A stretch of DNA of 64,000 nt from Catajapyx aquilonaris (lineage: Eukaryota): assembly GCA_000934665.2 (NCBI GenBank), contig KZ538350.1:1-64000 (forward strand), in the 5' to 3' direction. The position numbers and the translations under genes are program-made. The notes below the pieces were generated by a model. That model ran no database searches and was not told the origin of the DNA. It saw only the letters and a list, made by a program, of their open reading frames with translations. Positions 27,282 to 39,528 of the stretch are shown here, one piece after another. Within the stretch, counting starts at the first letter, position 1; every line of letters starts with the position of its first letter.

Positions 27282-28965
27282 TCCTGTACAGTTACTGCTA
27301 CGGGTACCCCCTTACCGCGGGCACCTAAGATGCACCCACCACAAGACCTGTTTATGCACCGTATGTGCATTAACATGCTTGTCAGTGATATTTGACAAAT
27401 AGTGCAATCCAGAATGTCACGTTCATGCAGACTGTACCATTGTTTTGCAGCGAACTCCTTGCGATACGTCCCATCTTATTGCTCGTGACTGTACGTTATC
27501 TAGCCATTCTCGTCAACTGATATTCATCTCCTAGCCCATCCCCCTATACCTAACAGAAAAATAAAATCCTGTTTACGCCCCTACTGCTATATATCACCAC
27601 ACTTAAGCCCCAATTACAGCCTGTTTGATATCGCAGCCCTTTCAGTGTAACATAGCGACTAATTGGCCTCGACTACCCAAGAAGTCCTCCACAACTGTCC
27701 GGTAATCTGCCTCCGCCCGCCTAAATTAAATCATTCCGCGACTTCTGAAGTCCCGAACAAAAGGGTAAGTCCAAAGAGACACAGGAACTGAAGTGAAATC
27801 TGGAAGTGTCGAGCAAGGCTCAAGTCCACACTCCTGGAGTTTGAGAACAGACTTGCCAGAGAGCAGAGTGTGGAGGCAGCAGGTGCGATTATGCAAATAA
27901 GTCCTCCCCCTCTATTCCGCCCTACCCCCCCCCCCTCTCCCACGACAAAGGCTGGGATATAGCATCGGCTCAGAATTTCTTTTCCCCTCCACCTACCCAT
28001 GTATATCCGCAGAATAAACTTTTCGAATTTCCCCTTCTGTCTGGCCCAGCATCTACCAGCATATGCTCTCTGCAGGTTGGGATTACAAAGGGAATTCCAG
28101 AAGGAATCTATCCAAGAATCTATCACTTGGTACACCCCGAAAGAATTTTTTTATTGTAATGTCCCTCACTAGATGGCAAGAGAACCCCAAGTGGTCCCCG
28201 CAACCGGCCCACCTACTCTCATAGGTTTTTGTATCCGATGAAGATAGGGCTGTATCCGCAAGGAAGGAAGGTTAGGGCCGGTTGCAGGGACAACTTGGGG
28301 TTTGCCAATATGCATTGGGGGGGGGGGGGGGNNNNNNNNNNGCTTGGATTGGTGTATGCCAGTCAGTCATGGAACGGCCTGGATTCGGGTATGTTCACAT
28401 CTTCCTGCGCCAACAAATAAACAAAACATCATTTGCAAAATGTAACTAATGCATTTAGCTGCTTCAAATAGCATAATAACAGCTACACACGGGCTCTTCT
28501 GGCGTAATGAGAATTAAAACACCCCGACGCTGTTCAAAGTTCATTTCTACGGAAAATGGGTTAATTCTAGGGCATGGTATAATCAGGGCCGAATTTTAAT
28601 GCCCTGCTCATCACGCGGCGTTGCATCGCATCTTCGTTTGTCACAAAGTTATCCCCGCTATTTAAGCAATTCTCTTTGATTGCGCCATCTTTGGTTGCCA
28701 ACACAATTTGTCTTCGTTTTCGCTCACTTGCCTGCGCCTGAATTTTGCATGTCATTTTTGCCGCTTGTGTCCGAGTTACAGCGACTTTTGTTTGCCACCA
28801 GCCCGAAAACTTTTTGCTGAGTCGGATGCTGTCTGATTAAGTATAGTCGAAACTTGGAAAATTTATTTACAACCCGTTCTGGGCACAAGAAATTTAGGCG
28901 AAGGCTGTTGTTTTCAATGCTTGCCACGTGTCGGTATAAACCATAACCCGACCTATACCGTTGCA

Positions 28966-29256
28966 ACTACTAGGGAACTACCAAGGTCGGTCGAATCCGA
29001 TTTGGTTGAAACTCGCTTGAGGGGTCACTCATGTGCGATAGACACAGTGGTGTAAGTCATAGATGCCACTGTCTAGCCGTTTCTGAGTTATGAGCGACAG
29101 AAACATCCGATATTTGTCGCTCATATCTCGGAAAGGGATGGATAGTGGCATCTAGTACTTCCACCACTGTGTCTATCGCACATGAGTGACCCCTCAAGCG
29201 AGTTTAAACCAAATCGGAGGCGACCGACCTTGGTCTTTCGCTCGTTCCCTTGTAAG
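28966..29256. mobile_element. MITE family B copy 2
   Basis: ctactagggaactaccaaggtcggtcg...cgaccgaccttgg..gttcccttgtaag; homologous to 7896-8257 with a shorter centre. Confidence 0.85.
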
Positions 29257-29689
29257 AGTATGAAGCTATAGATCCGAAAAAAAGTAGCATTAGTCTATGC
29301 CAACCTTTACAAAGAACGCGCATAAACTTTGGCATTACAGCATTTCCAAACCCTTGACTTTTACGCCGCTGAAATCGTATTTCGATTAATCAAAACCCTC
29401 TCTAAACGTCATAAACTCCCAAACCGATTTTAAAGTGTGTCAGAATAAAGTGTGCCCACTAATATTTAATCAATTTATGGCATAAGAGACGGGATGGATA
29501 AAAATAACAAAAAAAACTCCAGGTTCCTTTTGGTCGTTTCTTTCCATCTTGGACTCAACGAACCGGCCACAACCAATTGGATTTGCTCCGTCTTCGCCTC
29601 CGGATTTTCTTTCTCCCATGGCCCCACCCACACCATATAAGAGGAACACAGTGAATCTGGAATTGCCGACGTCAACAATAAAAAGTCAA

Positions 29690-29930
29690 GCAGTATTCCT
29701 GCCACCGTATTACCAACTGTTCACTACACAAAATATATGTCAATCTCCTATCCATTCTACCATTACTCTCAAGGACACTACCCAGGTATACAAACTGGTT
29801 GACCTGATCAACCAGTTTTCCTCGTTTGATCATACATCGTGATTCAAAGTGGCGCAACCACACATCGTTTCAAATTCATACTTTTCCACGTTTAATTCAA
29901 CCCTCAGCATAACCCATTTCCATCATGTTT
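29690..29930 (-). mobile_element. Degenerate non-LTR retrotransposon (RTE-like) reverse-transcriptase fragment
   Basis: Minus-strand translation VDQVNQFVYLGSVLESNGRMD matches the LINE RT 'F.YLG' motif; upstream LNVEK resembles the 'GL.IN..KTK' motif; frameshifted. Confidence 0.65.
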
Positions 29931-31765
29931 CACCCTGTGTCTATACACACAATAGATAGAACCAGCAAGAGACGCAAGACAAAAAAAAGAGTGCCGGCGT
30001 CAATTTTCATCAGGAAACCGGGCCCAAAAACCGGAGTTGAACGAAGAAGGAATAAAAGCACAAATTGACAAGTAAAACTGTAAGGAAATTCTATCTTACT
30101 CGGCACGATTCCATTTTCTTTTTCTTGAGGAGCTGCTATAGATGGAAGTGAGGTATGGGGAGGAAGGCATAAAACGCTGCAGACATCAGACAAACTCTAC
30201 AAATTGGTTCTAGGAATTTTAACGTTTGATTTAACCTTGTCCGCTTGGTACGTGCTCTAAAAATAGTGAGTGAAGTTGGCGAAGTAGTGAAAATAGTGCC
30301 ATATTGGGATCGAGTTGTAACTATTAGCATATATGCATTGAATCACATACAAAAAAAAAGAATGTGACCCTTGTCCTTATCTTTTGCGTTGATCCAACCA
30401 ATCAACTCTCGCTTATCCCTTTCACTCATGTCACATCTCATGACTATATAATATATTACCTGTCAAAAATTGGAATCGTCCCGAATGATATTGATCTCAA
30501 AACTTTTCGTGACAGCCGCTTTCTATTTTGCGGTGGACAAGCCATATCTTATATTCAGCGATAAGTTTTTTGATTCCCACCGTGTCGCCGTCAGGCTTTT
30601 TGAAGACAAAATTTTTACCACATATAGTCACTATGCAGCAACAACTACTGCAATATCACCAGAGAGAATTATAGGCCTCAGTTTATCATCACATTCACTT
30701 ACGGCCCGCAAAACGTAACGCTATTGACAATTGCAACACAACAAGGGATTACACATATGCACAAAATGTTATTAAATTAATGCATTTGCTTCGGTGGAAC
30801 CAATTACCATTACTATCATGGAGCAGTTCACTATTGACTCAACATCACCTCGCTAATGGGGCGTAGGTTATGGGTTATTTCGGGCTAAAAATATACGTGT
30901 AGCATGCATCATGGTGTCATCCGTTTTAAATCAAATGGCCTGATTTCCCTATTTGAATATTGATGCTTTTTTTTTTACGAACGAACAAATCGAGCTACTG
31001 CAGTATTTCTCGGCGCGTAAAACGGCAATATATATAGCAGTTCTCCAACTCTGGTCCGGTATTACTTCACTTTTATAACATATTATTGCGCAGTGCAGAT
31101 ATCATGCTATAGTGGTCTTGTTTCATTTGATTACCACGCCATGTCTGTTAATTTCAGGGAATGATATACAGTGAGTGATTACAGACTCAGTTTGTGTGCG
31201 CAACTACAACAACAGCGTGGATATGCGCCCAACTGTGGATGAAAACTGCAAAATTATAGGTTGAAACACATAACTGTATAAATTGACTGTTTACCCGGAG
31301 AGCATATCAAAATTCATAATGTACCTGAAAAAGTTGGCGGTGGAAGGTAAATCGAGTGAAAATATGAGGAATATATTCAAAAATAAATTTATGTTCGATG
31401 TACGAAAATTAAATTGCAACTCGACCAATATGAACAACAGTCAGTTCACTTTTCAAATGTTGTTATCTAGTTGTGACACTCTAAACCACTGTCTAAGAAG
31501 CTCTAGAGGTGTTTCAAGGCTTTGTAATAAAACCTGAGAAGGCTTTTATTACAACTCCTTAGAACAGATTTCAGACCAGGAATACTTATCAAAGACGTGT
31601 AAGCAACAGATCCATCAATCTAAACGGTGTCTATTTCCTTCAATCAAAAGCTACAGTGCTGCGGGACAATACTCTGGATAAATTAAGCGTATCACATGGC
31701 ACAGAACACACTGCCACTCGAATAGATCCAAAATGGCTCCGTTAACACGTGACATATTTGCAAAT

Positions 31766-32011
31766 GAAGACCTCGGGGGAAGAACGATCAAGGTCCACCT
31801 GAGGTGAAACTGAGATAATCCTTTGAATTTCGAAGGTCCATAAGGTTCAATAATATTGTAAATACCACTTTCGGGGCCATCCATAGTGACCTATGATCAT
31901 TACTCCACAACCATGACCAAACCATCGTAGTGAAAGTACTCGTATCTTCAGAGATATGCAACTCGTTTTTGACAAAAAGTGGACCTTGATCGTTGTTTAC
32001 CCGAGGTCTTC
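31766..32011. mobile_element. TIR element with 4-bp AAAT target duplication (Sola-like)
   Basis: AAAT|GAAGACCTCGGGGGAAGAACGATCAAGGTCCAC...GTGGACCTTGATCGTTGTTTACCCGAGGTCTTC|AAAT; 33-bp TIR with ~3 mismatches. Confidence 0.7.
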
Positions 32012-33540
32012 AAATCGCAAAGTGGTAGTGGTAATACAGGCAATGGATGTTGCAAAATTTAATGACTAAGGTGTTTCGAATTTCGATAGTATCATATCAA
32101 AGTGCCATTTTTCTTCTACAAAACATGTCATCTTCATTACTTGCACGACACATCACCATAACACCCATAAGACACATCGCAACATCACACCATTGAATAC
32201 CAAATGCACCAAATACAATGTCAACTGATTGATATATCCTATAGCCAGAACTGTCAATGCAATTTTCTTCCCTGCTGCGAACGACTATAAGAAATACTCA
32301 GGTAAGAAACGATCCCAATTTACCCCTGAAGCTGTTTCCTCGTTAATTGACTTAGGCTCATACGGATACGCCTCTGACTCTTATTTCCGGCCCCTTCCCA
32401 ACCCTCCCAATCAAATAAAGCACCCTAAGAAAATCAGAAATATCCAGAAAATAATCTCATAGGAAGACTCTCGCGATATGAAAATCCCATCCCGGTGTCC
32501 GAAATGAAATCTCAGAAATGCTAGATCCTTTTCCCAAGAAGGAAATATTGTGATGATTATTGAAGAAGTCGGTTATATCGAGAAAAAAAGGGGGGGCAGG
32601 GGTAGACACGATTGGATATCGATTGCTCCGTCTGATAAAGAAGAACCGGCAGACGCACCAAACATAAAAATACGAAGAAAAAATACTTTACCCCCCCCCC
32701 TCCCCCCCTCTCTGTAAAGGAAATCTGTTATGCGGATCACGTGACCCTATCACCCCGATTTCCGGAGCGGCGGCCCAGAAGCAGCCCCAGGAACGTGACG
32801 GGAAAGAAGGGCGGGAAATAAACCAATTGCACACCCCCCCCCTCCACCCTACCGAACCACCTATAGAAAACCCTATAGACTCATCCTCAGCATTTTCTTC
32901 CTCTAGGTCTTACAACACCTATAGATCGCTCTTAATTTGTTGGACACAATCACGTACTGGTCGCGGGTGTCGTGTCGAATATTTGGCAACGGTGACTTCC
33001 GAAGCTTTGCCCAAAAGATTGATCTGTAGTCATAAGATGACATTTTTTTTCCCCCGGGTCCCCAGTAATAAAATTCCAGGCTCGTAATTTCTATGCAAAT
33101 TTTCACGGAGCCGTCAAGAAATAAGAGTGAGAGTGACGTCTGCGATTAATCTGGACCCCACGAGACATAGGGTTCAATGTATTCTTTTTTTGTTGAAAAT
33201 AATGCTTCTCGAGACAGAAGATAAGATTTCGCCTGGCACTCATTAACCTGTATTCACACACCAAACTATGCTGATAATGTATCAACACTATAAGCACTAT
33301 CTATCGCTCATGTCGGTGCATGTTAATGGGTGCAAATTAAGTGCGGCATGGCTAACATAAATGTGTACCTCTCTTACACAGGACAATATTCGGGAATTAA
33401 CTTCATATCAGCCAAATCTGGCAATCCTATTGGATGCATCCAGGTATTACAGGCTACCAAAAGCCAGTTTGTTTCGCATGATCAACAATGTTGATGTCCA
33501 TTATGATCCGGGTTCACAGAGGATTTAGGATATAAGTGAC

Positions 33541-33570
33541 CAAAGAGCTTATACTAGTATAAGCTCTTTG
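33541..33570. mobile_element. 30-bp perfect palindrome with 8-bp TSD (P-element-like footprint or mini element)
   Basis: TAAGTGAC|CAAAGAGCTTATACTAGTATAAGCTCTTTG|TAAGTGAC. Confidence 0.7.
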
Positions 33571-33743
33571 TAAGTGACCTCTCAACCAATAAAATGAGCA
33601 GAATCCCGCTGAAGAGCCTTGGTACACGCCAGAGCCCATGTTTGAATAATGGAAATTTTACATTTTCACATTTACTGTAAAATTTCCAGTATTCACAGGC
33701 GTGTGTAAAAAGGAAATCTAAAAATGTAATTAGAATTCAGAAT

Positions 33744-33887
33744 TTAGTGTTTTTGAATTTTTATTCTTACAGGTAGTCCTACAATTACAGCTAAATATCC
33801 TGCATACCGGTATACAGTATGTGTACATACTGCAGGATTTTTAGCTGTAAAGGTAGGACTAAGCATAAAAATTCATAAACACTCTAA
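33744..33887. mobile_element. Fold-back element
   Basis: tagtcctac..ttacagctaaatatcctgca / tgcaggatttttagctgtaa..gtaggacta, plus outer gtgtttttgaatttttat / ataaaaattcataaacac. Confidence 0.55.
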
Positions 33888-34407
33888 TGTGACACAAGCT
33901 CATACATGACCCCATATGCCCCTTTTCCTCCAAAAAAAAATCAGTGTAATAGTGACGTCACTGCTGGAGGTCTAAAGTATGATGAATGGCAACCTCTCCC
34001 CTCTCCCTACTCACCCCCCTGCCTTAAGTAATTAAGATGAATGGCGCGCAAAGGGGATTGTGGGGAAATGCCGCAAATCTGATCTGATTGGCTTCAACTA
34101 ATCCCTCACGTATCATGTGTGCGGATAGATCCTAATCAATTCTACTTGTGACAATGCACTGCGACGTCAAATATGTTCCATCCATTAAAGAATGACTTGA
34201 TTGTCACTAGGCTCAGAGTGGCGCACCCCCTTTGCTGTTTCCAGCAGACGGCCGCCTAATACACTTAAAATTGATTTCTTGCCAGCAGCCTGCTCTTGAG
34301 ATACAATCAACGGCATACATGAGTGGTTCAGCAGCAACTGGGCCTAAGTGACAGGCAACAGGATGAGAAAAAAATTTCAAAGAAAACGTCAGATACCAAA
34401 AAATTGC

Positions 34408-34429
34408 AATAATAATAATAATAATAATA

Positions 34430-34480
<51 letters not shown>
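34408..34480. repeat. (AAT)n microsatellite
   Basis: About 24 AAT units with one interruption. Confidence 0.95.
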
Positions 34481-34482
<2 letters not shown>

Positions 34483-36180
34483 TACATTAGTGAAGTGGGG
34501 TTGAGAGGCAAGGTACTCAGCCACAAAGTGAAATGGCACAAAAAGCTCTTATGTCAAGTTTACTTTGGCAGAGCGGTATAGGGACGTACTGTTGCTACTG
34601 CCAGAAGTGCTGGCATGTGGGGAAAAAAATATCAAAAGAAGACAGGAGGAAAGCAAACGTTAGCGCATATGCTGTACAAAGTGCTAACACATTCTGTCAA
34701 AACCTCTTGACACATTTTTTTTTCATATTAGTGTGCACGTTCAGGCATATATCATCCTAAAATGAAAATCTGTGATATGTGTCATACCATGGCAAGAAAT
34801 AGTATCCTGCTCTCTAGATAACCCTGCAATACAAAAATGGCGTTATGGTGTCCTGCTTTTCAGGATGACGGAACCTTTTCTGAAGGTTATAGACACAGCT
34901 TCAGCGTATATATGGCAGTTACGCAATGAAAACTGTGAAACGTGTACCCGCCACTCAACTGCCGCTTTACTAAACGATAATTGCATGATAAGTCAAGGTC
35001 TTCAAAAGCAGTATCAGTTTGACGCGACAAAAAAGGGAAGGTAACAATTATATTGGCAATTAAAACGTTCGTTATTCACACCAAGTTTGCAACGACATAC
35101 AGTTCAAATCATACGACGTCGTTTGAAAAATGTCAATGCTTGTAAAAGGCTTTGCAAAATTTCCAGCCTAGAAACAAATGTTATTTCAGATTCCATGTAA
35201 GTCTTTCGCAATCAAATTACTGGTCTTGGTTTAAAGTGGAGTTGAGCAATCCTCCAAGTGCGCCTGAAAACAACGCTGAGCAGTCAAAACATGCCGCCTG
35301 CATCAACCGTGATGCGATTGGATTAAAATACAGTGTTTGGCTTCAATTTTGAGTGCGGGTAGGGATTTTCTTGTATTGTACAGGAAGAAAAATCAGCAAA
35401 GCGAAGACGTCCTGAAGCCCAGAATATCATTTTACGATAAATATTAGATGTGCTTTCCTCAGCCTCCTATAGAACTACAAAGTAGCCTACTTGTTTACAT
35501 TAATATTCTCCTCAACTATACAAGAGAAACAGGAAACATCTCAAACTGCTGCATTTGAATTAGACTGTAATAATTAACACTATTGCATTAAGAATATTTA
35601 CATGAATAACTTAAATACAGTACCCACTTGACCGTTAACGCACAACAACCGCAAGCCCTTTGTACATAGCAAATGCTACAAGCCTAGCATTGTCTCAGTG
35701 ACCTTCTGTACTTGCAATGTCTTCAGATGATTCTACTAAATTAATCGTCGATTTCAAGCACCAGATATCCTCACGTGAATATAGAATTTTTAATTGATAA
35801 TATGCTTTCTGCACAGGCGAATAGTACGCTAATGTTATTTCAAAGCATTTCATTCGATGTTAAACTCCAAACGACATCATACAGTCCATTTACCTACTTC
35901 CATGAAAACCTTAATTAGCGCAATTCACATTTTTTTGCCGCATAAGCAATTAACATCCACCATACTGTTGTGTGCCTGACGCCAATTTTACTGCCGATTT
36001 TATTAAAATACCGCTCTCAAACTTGCAATGTACAAAAGCAGAAATCAACTGACTGAACTCTAAAAATCCACACTAAAAATTACTCTACTGTATGTCATCT
36101 CTTTAAAATCACACACATCCAATAATATCCTCCCAAACAATTGCAATAACATTTTTTTACAAAATACATTGCATTGCAAG

Positions 36181-36323
36181 CACTATCGGTCGCAATTAGT
36201 TTCGGCCACTTTATCCTGGTCTTGAAGCAACCATTCGCACAGTCGCCACGGTGAGGAGGTATGTGTATGAAGGGTTGCTTTACTACCAGGATAAAGTGGT
36301 CGAAACTAATTGAGACAGACAGT
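36181..36323. mobile_element. Fold-back MITE-like element
   Basis: caattagtttcggccactttatcctggt / accaggataaagtggtcgaaactaattg inverted arms. Confidence 0.65.
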
Positions 36324-38694
36324 ACATCTTTACACTAAAATACACTAAATTGCATCTCCTACTTGCAACATGCAAAAATGCGAAAATGAGACTTTTAAAT
36401 GACAATAGCCAAAAGTAACTCCCTCCCCATAGAATTTGGTATCATTTTGCAATAGAGTGTACCGGCTCTGTTATGGTACCCACCCCCATCCCATCCACCC
36501 CCTACCCCATACCATCCTTGAATCTCCCCCAAAAAGTGATGAATTTCCCTCCAACTGATAGGATTGGACGCCGAGCCACGCCCAACAATGTGACAACTGC
36601 GCCTGGGTACCCTATTGGCCAGATCCCACAGTGACGTCTGCACCCACCCACACCACACCTACGATAGACCCACACCCACCCACCCTCAAAAGCTCCCCCA
36701 CCCCACTCTAGTCGGCGCCATGCTGTCTGGGACTGCTGGTCCAGAGGTTGCCAACCTGGCCGAATTTTCGCGCCGCCCAAAAGTTGCCCAAAATTTGGCG
36801 AGTCTGACATGCAAACACTTACGCCATCCAATCGCACGTATCTGTGACTCAACCTGAGTTTAATCAACAATCTTTGTCGAATCAGAACGTGAGATTTAAT
36901 TGGATTGGTATTTCCGGAGGGTTGGCTCCCATGGTGTTATGAAGGGTACTATTTCAAAGGGCGTAATTGGGAAAAGTGTAATAATTGAACCCACCAGTCA
37001 CATTATACGGCATAAACTTCCTGGGTTATGTGACCGCTGGGCCGGTTCGCAGCCGTTNNNNNNNNNNNNNNNNNNNNNNNNNNNNNNNNNNNNNNNNNNC
37101 CCCCCCCCCCCCCCCCCAAAAAAAAAAAAAAACTCCATCCAATAGAAGACTATAACAGGGCACCGGAAATTTTGTTCCTGGTGCATCATAATTGAATGAT
37201 GCGTTTTGAGAGCAGCTGGCTGTCTAATAGTACTAACATCACAATGAGCAACAGCGAGTCTCAACAATGGCCATTAAGACGAAAATAATTTTTTAAAATA
37301 TCAACAATGTGACTTCAATTTTAAAAAAATGTCACCTCATAATGTATACTGATGCTGAATGCACAATTTCTAAATAACTACACTTTTTACCTCAAAAAAA
37401 CTGTGGAACATACCCTTGTACAGGGTGGTCCAACAATATTGCCACCAAAATTGCTGGTATAATTTTAAAACAATCACCATATATGTCACCACTGAGCTGC
37501 ATACATTCCTTGAGATTTTTTTAAATTATTAAAAGTACCGGTGATTGTAACGTGAGCTATTATTACCATTGAACTGTTATTAAAATCTTCATAACCAAGT
37601 TTGTAACAACAATATTTGCCTACCTCTCTGCCTAACGAACATTAAAGCCCAACCTAATTATCTCCCCCACCTTGGCACAGGGCATTCCTGAACACACTGA
37701 CCCCCCCGAGTTACCCCCTCCAAAAATTACGATATCGGAAATTTTTTTATATAAAAAAATAACAAAAGCCCATTAATTCCAAGCCTGGAGAGAGCCAAGT
37801 GCAGCGGGTCCTGGGCGCCAATTTCATTAAGGAAATGGCGTTTGAGAAGTTCCATTAACTAAATCAGACTTTGGGGGAAGAGTGGAGGGGGTTGGGAGGA
37901 GGGCCTCTGGAATCAGAAGCACTACAGGGTTTGTACGCCATAGGGTTTTCCCCTGAAACTGGGATCGATGGGGTAGTTCGCACCCTGGACAGCGATCATC
38001 GCGCCATCCTTTGGGAATATCACAAACTATCCCCCCCAAAAAACTACCCTCTTAATAATATTCGCAGTGGATCACACGTTTCCAAGTCGGTCAATTATTT
38101 CGTATGTACTTCACACGCACATTTATTTTTCCCAATGTCTATAAATAGCGAATTTGATAATCATAATTTTAATTAGCTTCTGAAGCCCGGTTTCGACACC
38201 ATGCTATTCAGTACACTGATTGAGAGCACTTTCCTTGGCCGCTTATTACATAATGATATTGACAGTGTTACTGTAGTCCCTTTCAATCCCCTCCGGTCCT
38301 GTAATACTGCCTACTGCCTGGTCATAAAATAGGCCAACCCACACACCCTCTAATTAACCCCCCAACCACAGTTACAAGTTTTATATCACCTGCACGCATC
38401 ATGTTACTTTTCAAACACACTGTTGTGTATTACGACACCCAACTGCGCCACATCCAAATTAGTTCCCATCCTTGCTTCAACTTCTCCACATATAGGGCAA
38501 CAATTTGAACCACGAATTAGCTTTTTTTTCCCCCTATCGACTCCAACAAAAAAGCATGGGAATGAATAGGAAGTGGTGCCTGGCTCCTAAAGGGCTACTC
38601 ACAGGGGGAGAAAAAAATCCCTTTGAAGTCTCTAGTTGAAAAAAGGGGGGGCTATGCGTTGCTAAGGGCATAGTATTGCAATAGCTGGAGCAAC

Positions 38695-38795
38695 ATGAGA
38701 ATGTTAGGCATTCTGTACCTACTCACATTCTCCGCTTTCAACAGTGAGGCCATCCAATCAAATCAATCCAACCTGGTTGTTATTCTCCTAGATGG
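38695..38795 (+). CDS. ENPP6: ENPP6-like ectonucleotide pyrophosphatase/phosphodiesterase, exon 1 (signal peptide + LVVILLDG)
   Basis: MRMLGILYLLTFSAFNSEAIQSNQSNLVVILLDG then GG|gtgag; first metal-binding Asp of the DGFR motif. Confidence 0.85.
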
Positions 38796-38867
38796 GTGAG
38801 TGTGTCGAGCCTAATTAGACCCCCTTTTTGGGAACGGATATGAAAACGGTACAAAATTATTCAAAAG

Positions 38868-39007
38868 GTTCCGTTGGGATTACCTGCCTGTAAATGCATC
38901 AGAGTTGCCTGGTTTCGGCCTGATATGGAAGGAAGGTGCTACGGCGGCATGGGTTAACCCTGTGTTTCCATCGCACTCCAGTCCTGGATGGCTCACTATT
39001 GCAACAG
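38868..39007 (+). CDS. ENPP6: ENPP6-like, exon 2 (GFRWDY...FPSHSSPGWLTIATG)
   Basis: aag|G...G|gtaag; Ser-type nucleophile motif FPSxS. Confidence 0.9.
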
Positions 39008-39078
39008 GTAAGCCTATAGTGCTTTTGTATCCATTAGAGTGCGGTCGGCACACAAATAGCTGGATATTCCCTGGACAG

Positions 39079-39259
39079 GCTTGTATCCTGAAAGCCACCA
39101 GATTATAGGCGATGTGTTTCAAGACCCTTCGACAGGAGTCATCTTCAATGCTGCGGATGAGGTCAGCCTCTCACGACCGATCTGGTGGCAGGACTCTGAA
39201 CCCCTGTGGGTCACTGCCACCAAAATGGGGATCATCACTTCAGTCTACTCCTGGGGCAG
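39079..39259 (+). CDS. ENPP6: ENPP6-like, exon 3 (LYPESHQIIGD...WWQDSEPLWVT...YSWGR)
   Basis: cag|GC...AG|gtac; conserved GLYPESH and WW..EPLWVT motifs. Confidence 0.9.
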
Positions 39260-39262
39260 GTA

Positions 39263-39474
39263 CAGTTGGACACCAATCGCGTGATAGCCGTGCGAGTAAG
39301 AAATGGTAGCCCTTGACTGACGTCACCGGCTGGAGCCCAATGGAGAAAAGGCTTGTCCCCAGCCAGTGACGTCACCCAAGGGCTACCATTTCTTACTCGC
39401 TTATGGCTTGATTAGCACGTCTGCCGCATCAGAAAATGTCGCTAGCAGTAGGCCGTAATTAATGTCCAGCACTG
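39263..39474. mobile_element. MITE family A copy 8, inserted in the intron-3 splice donor of the ENPP6-like gene
   Basis: AG|gTA-CAGTTGGACACCAATCGCG...AATTAATGTCCAGCACTG-TAcga. Confidence 0.85.
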
Positions 39475-39528
39475 TACGATTCAACCAAGCCCTATCCGAG
39501 CAGTATTACCCATTTGCATTACTTGCAG

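Noticed and set aside
34213..34581. Poly-Tyr/Ile/Asn ORFs (also poly-Leu/Tyr at 55980-56325)
   Set aside because: Translations of (AAT)n microsatellites.
1..38600. Dozens of 60-170 aa ORFs in the ORF track
   Set aside because: No recognisable domains; many start at TTG/GTG, run through homopolymers or MITEs, and no consistent exon chain could be built.
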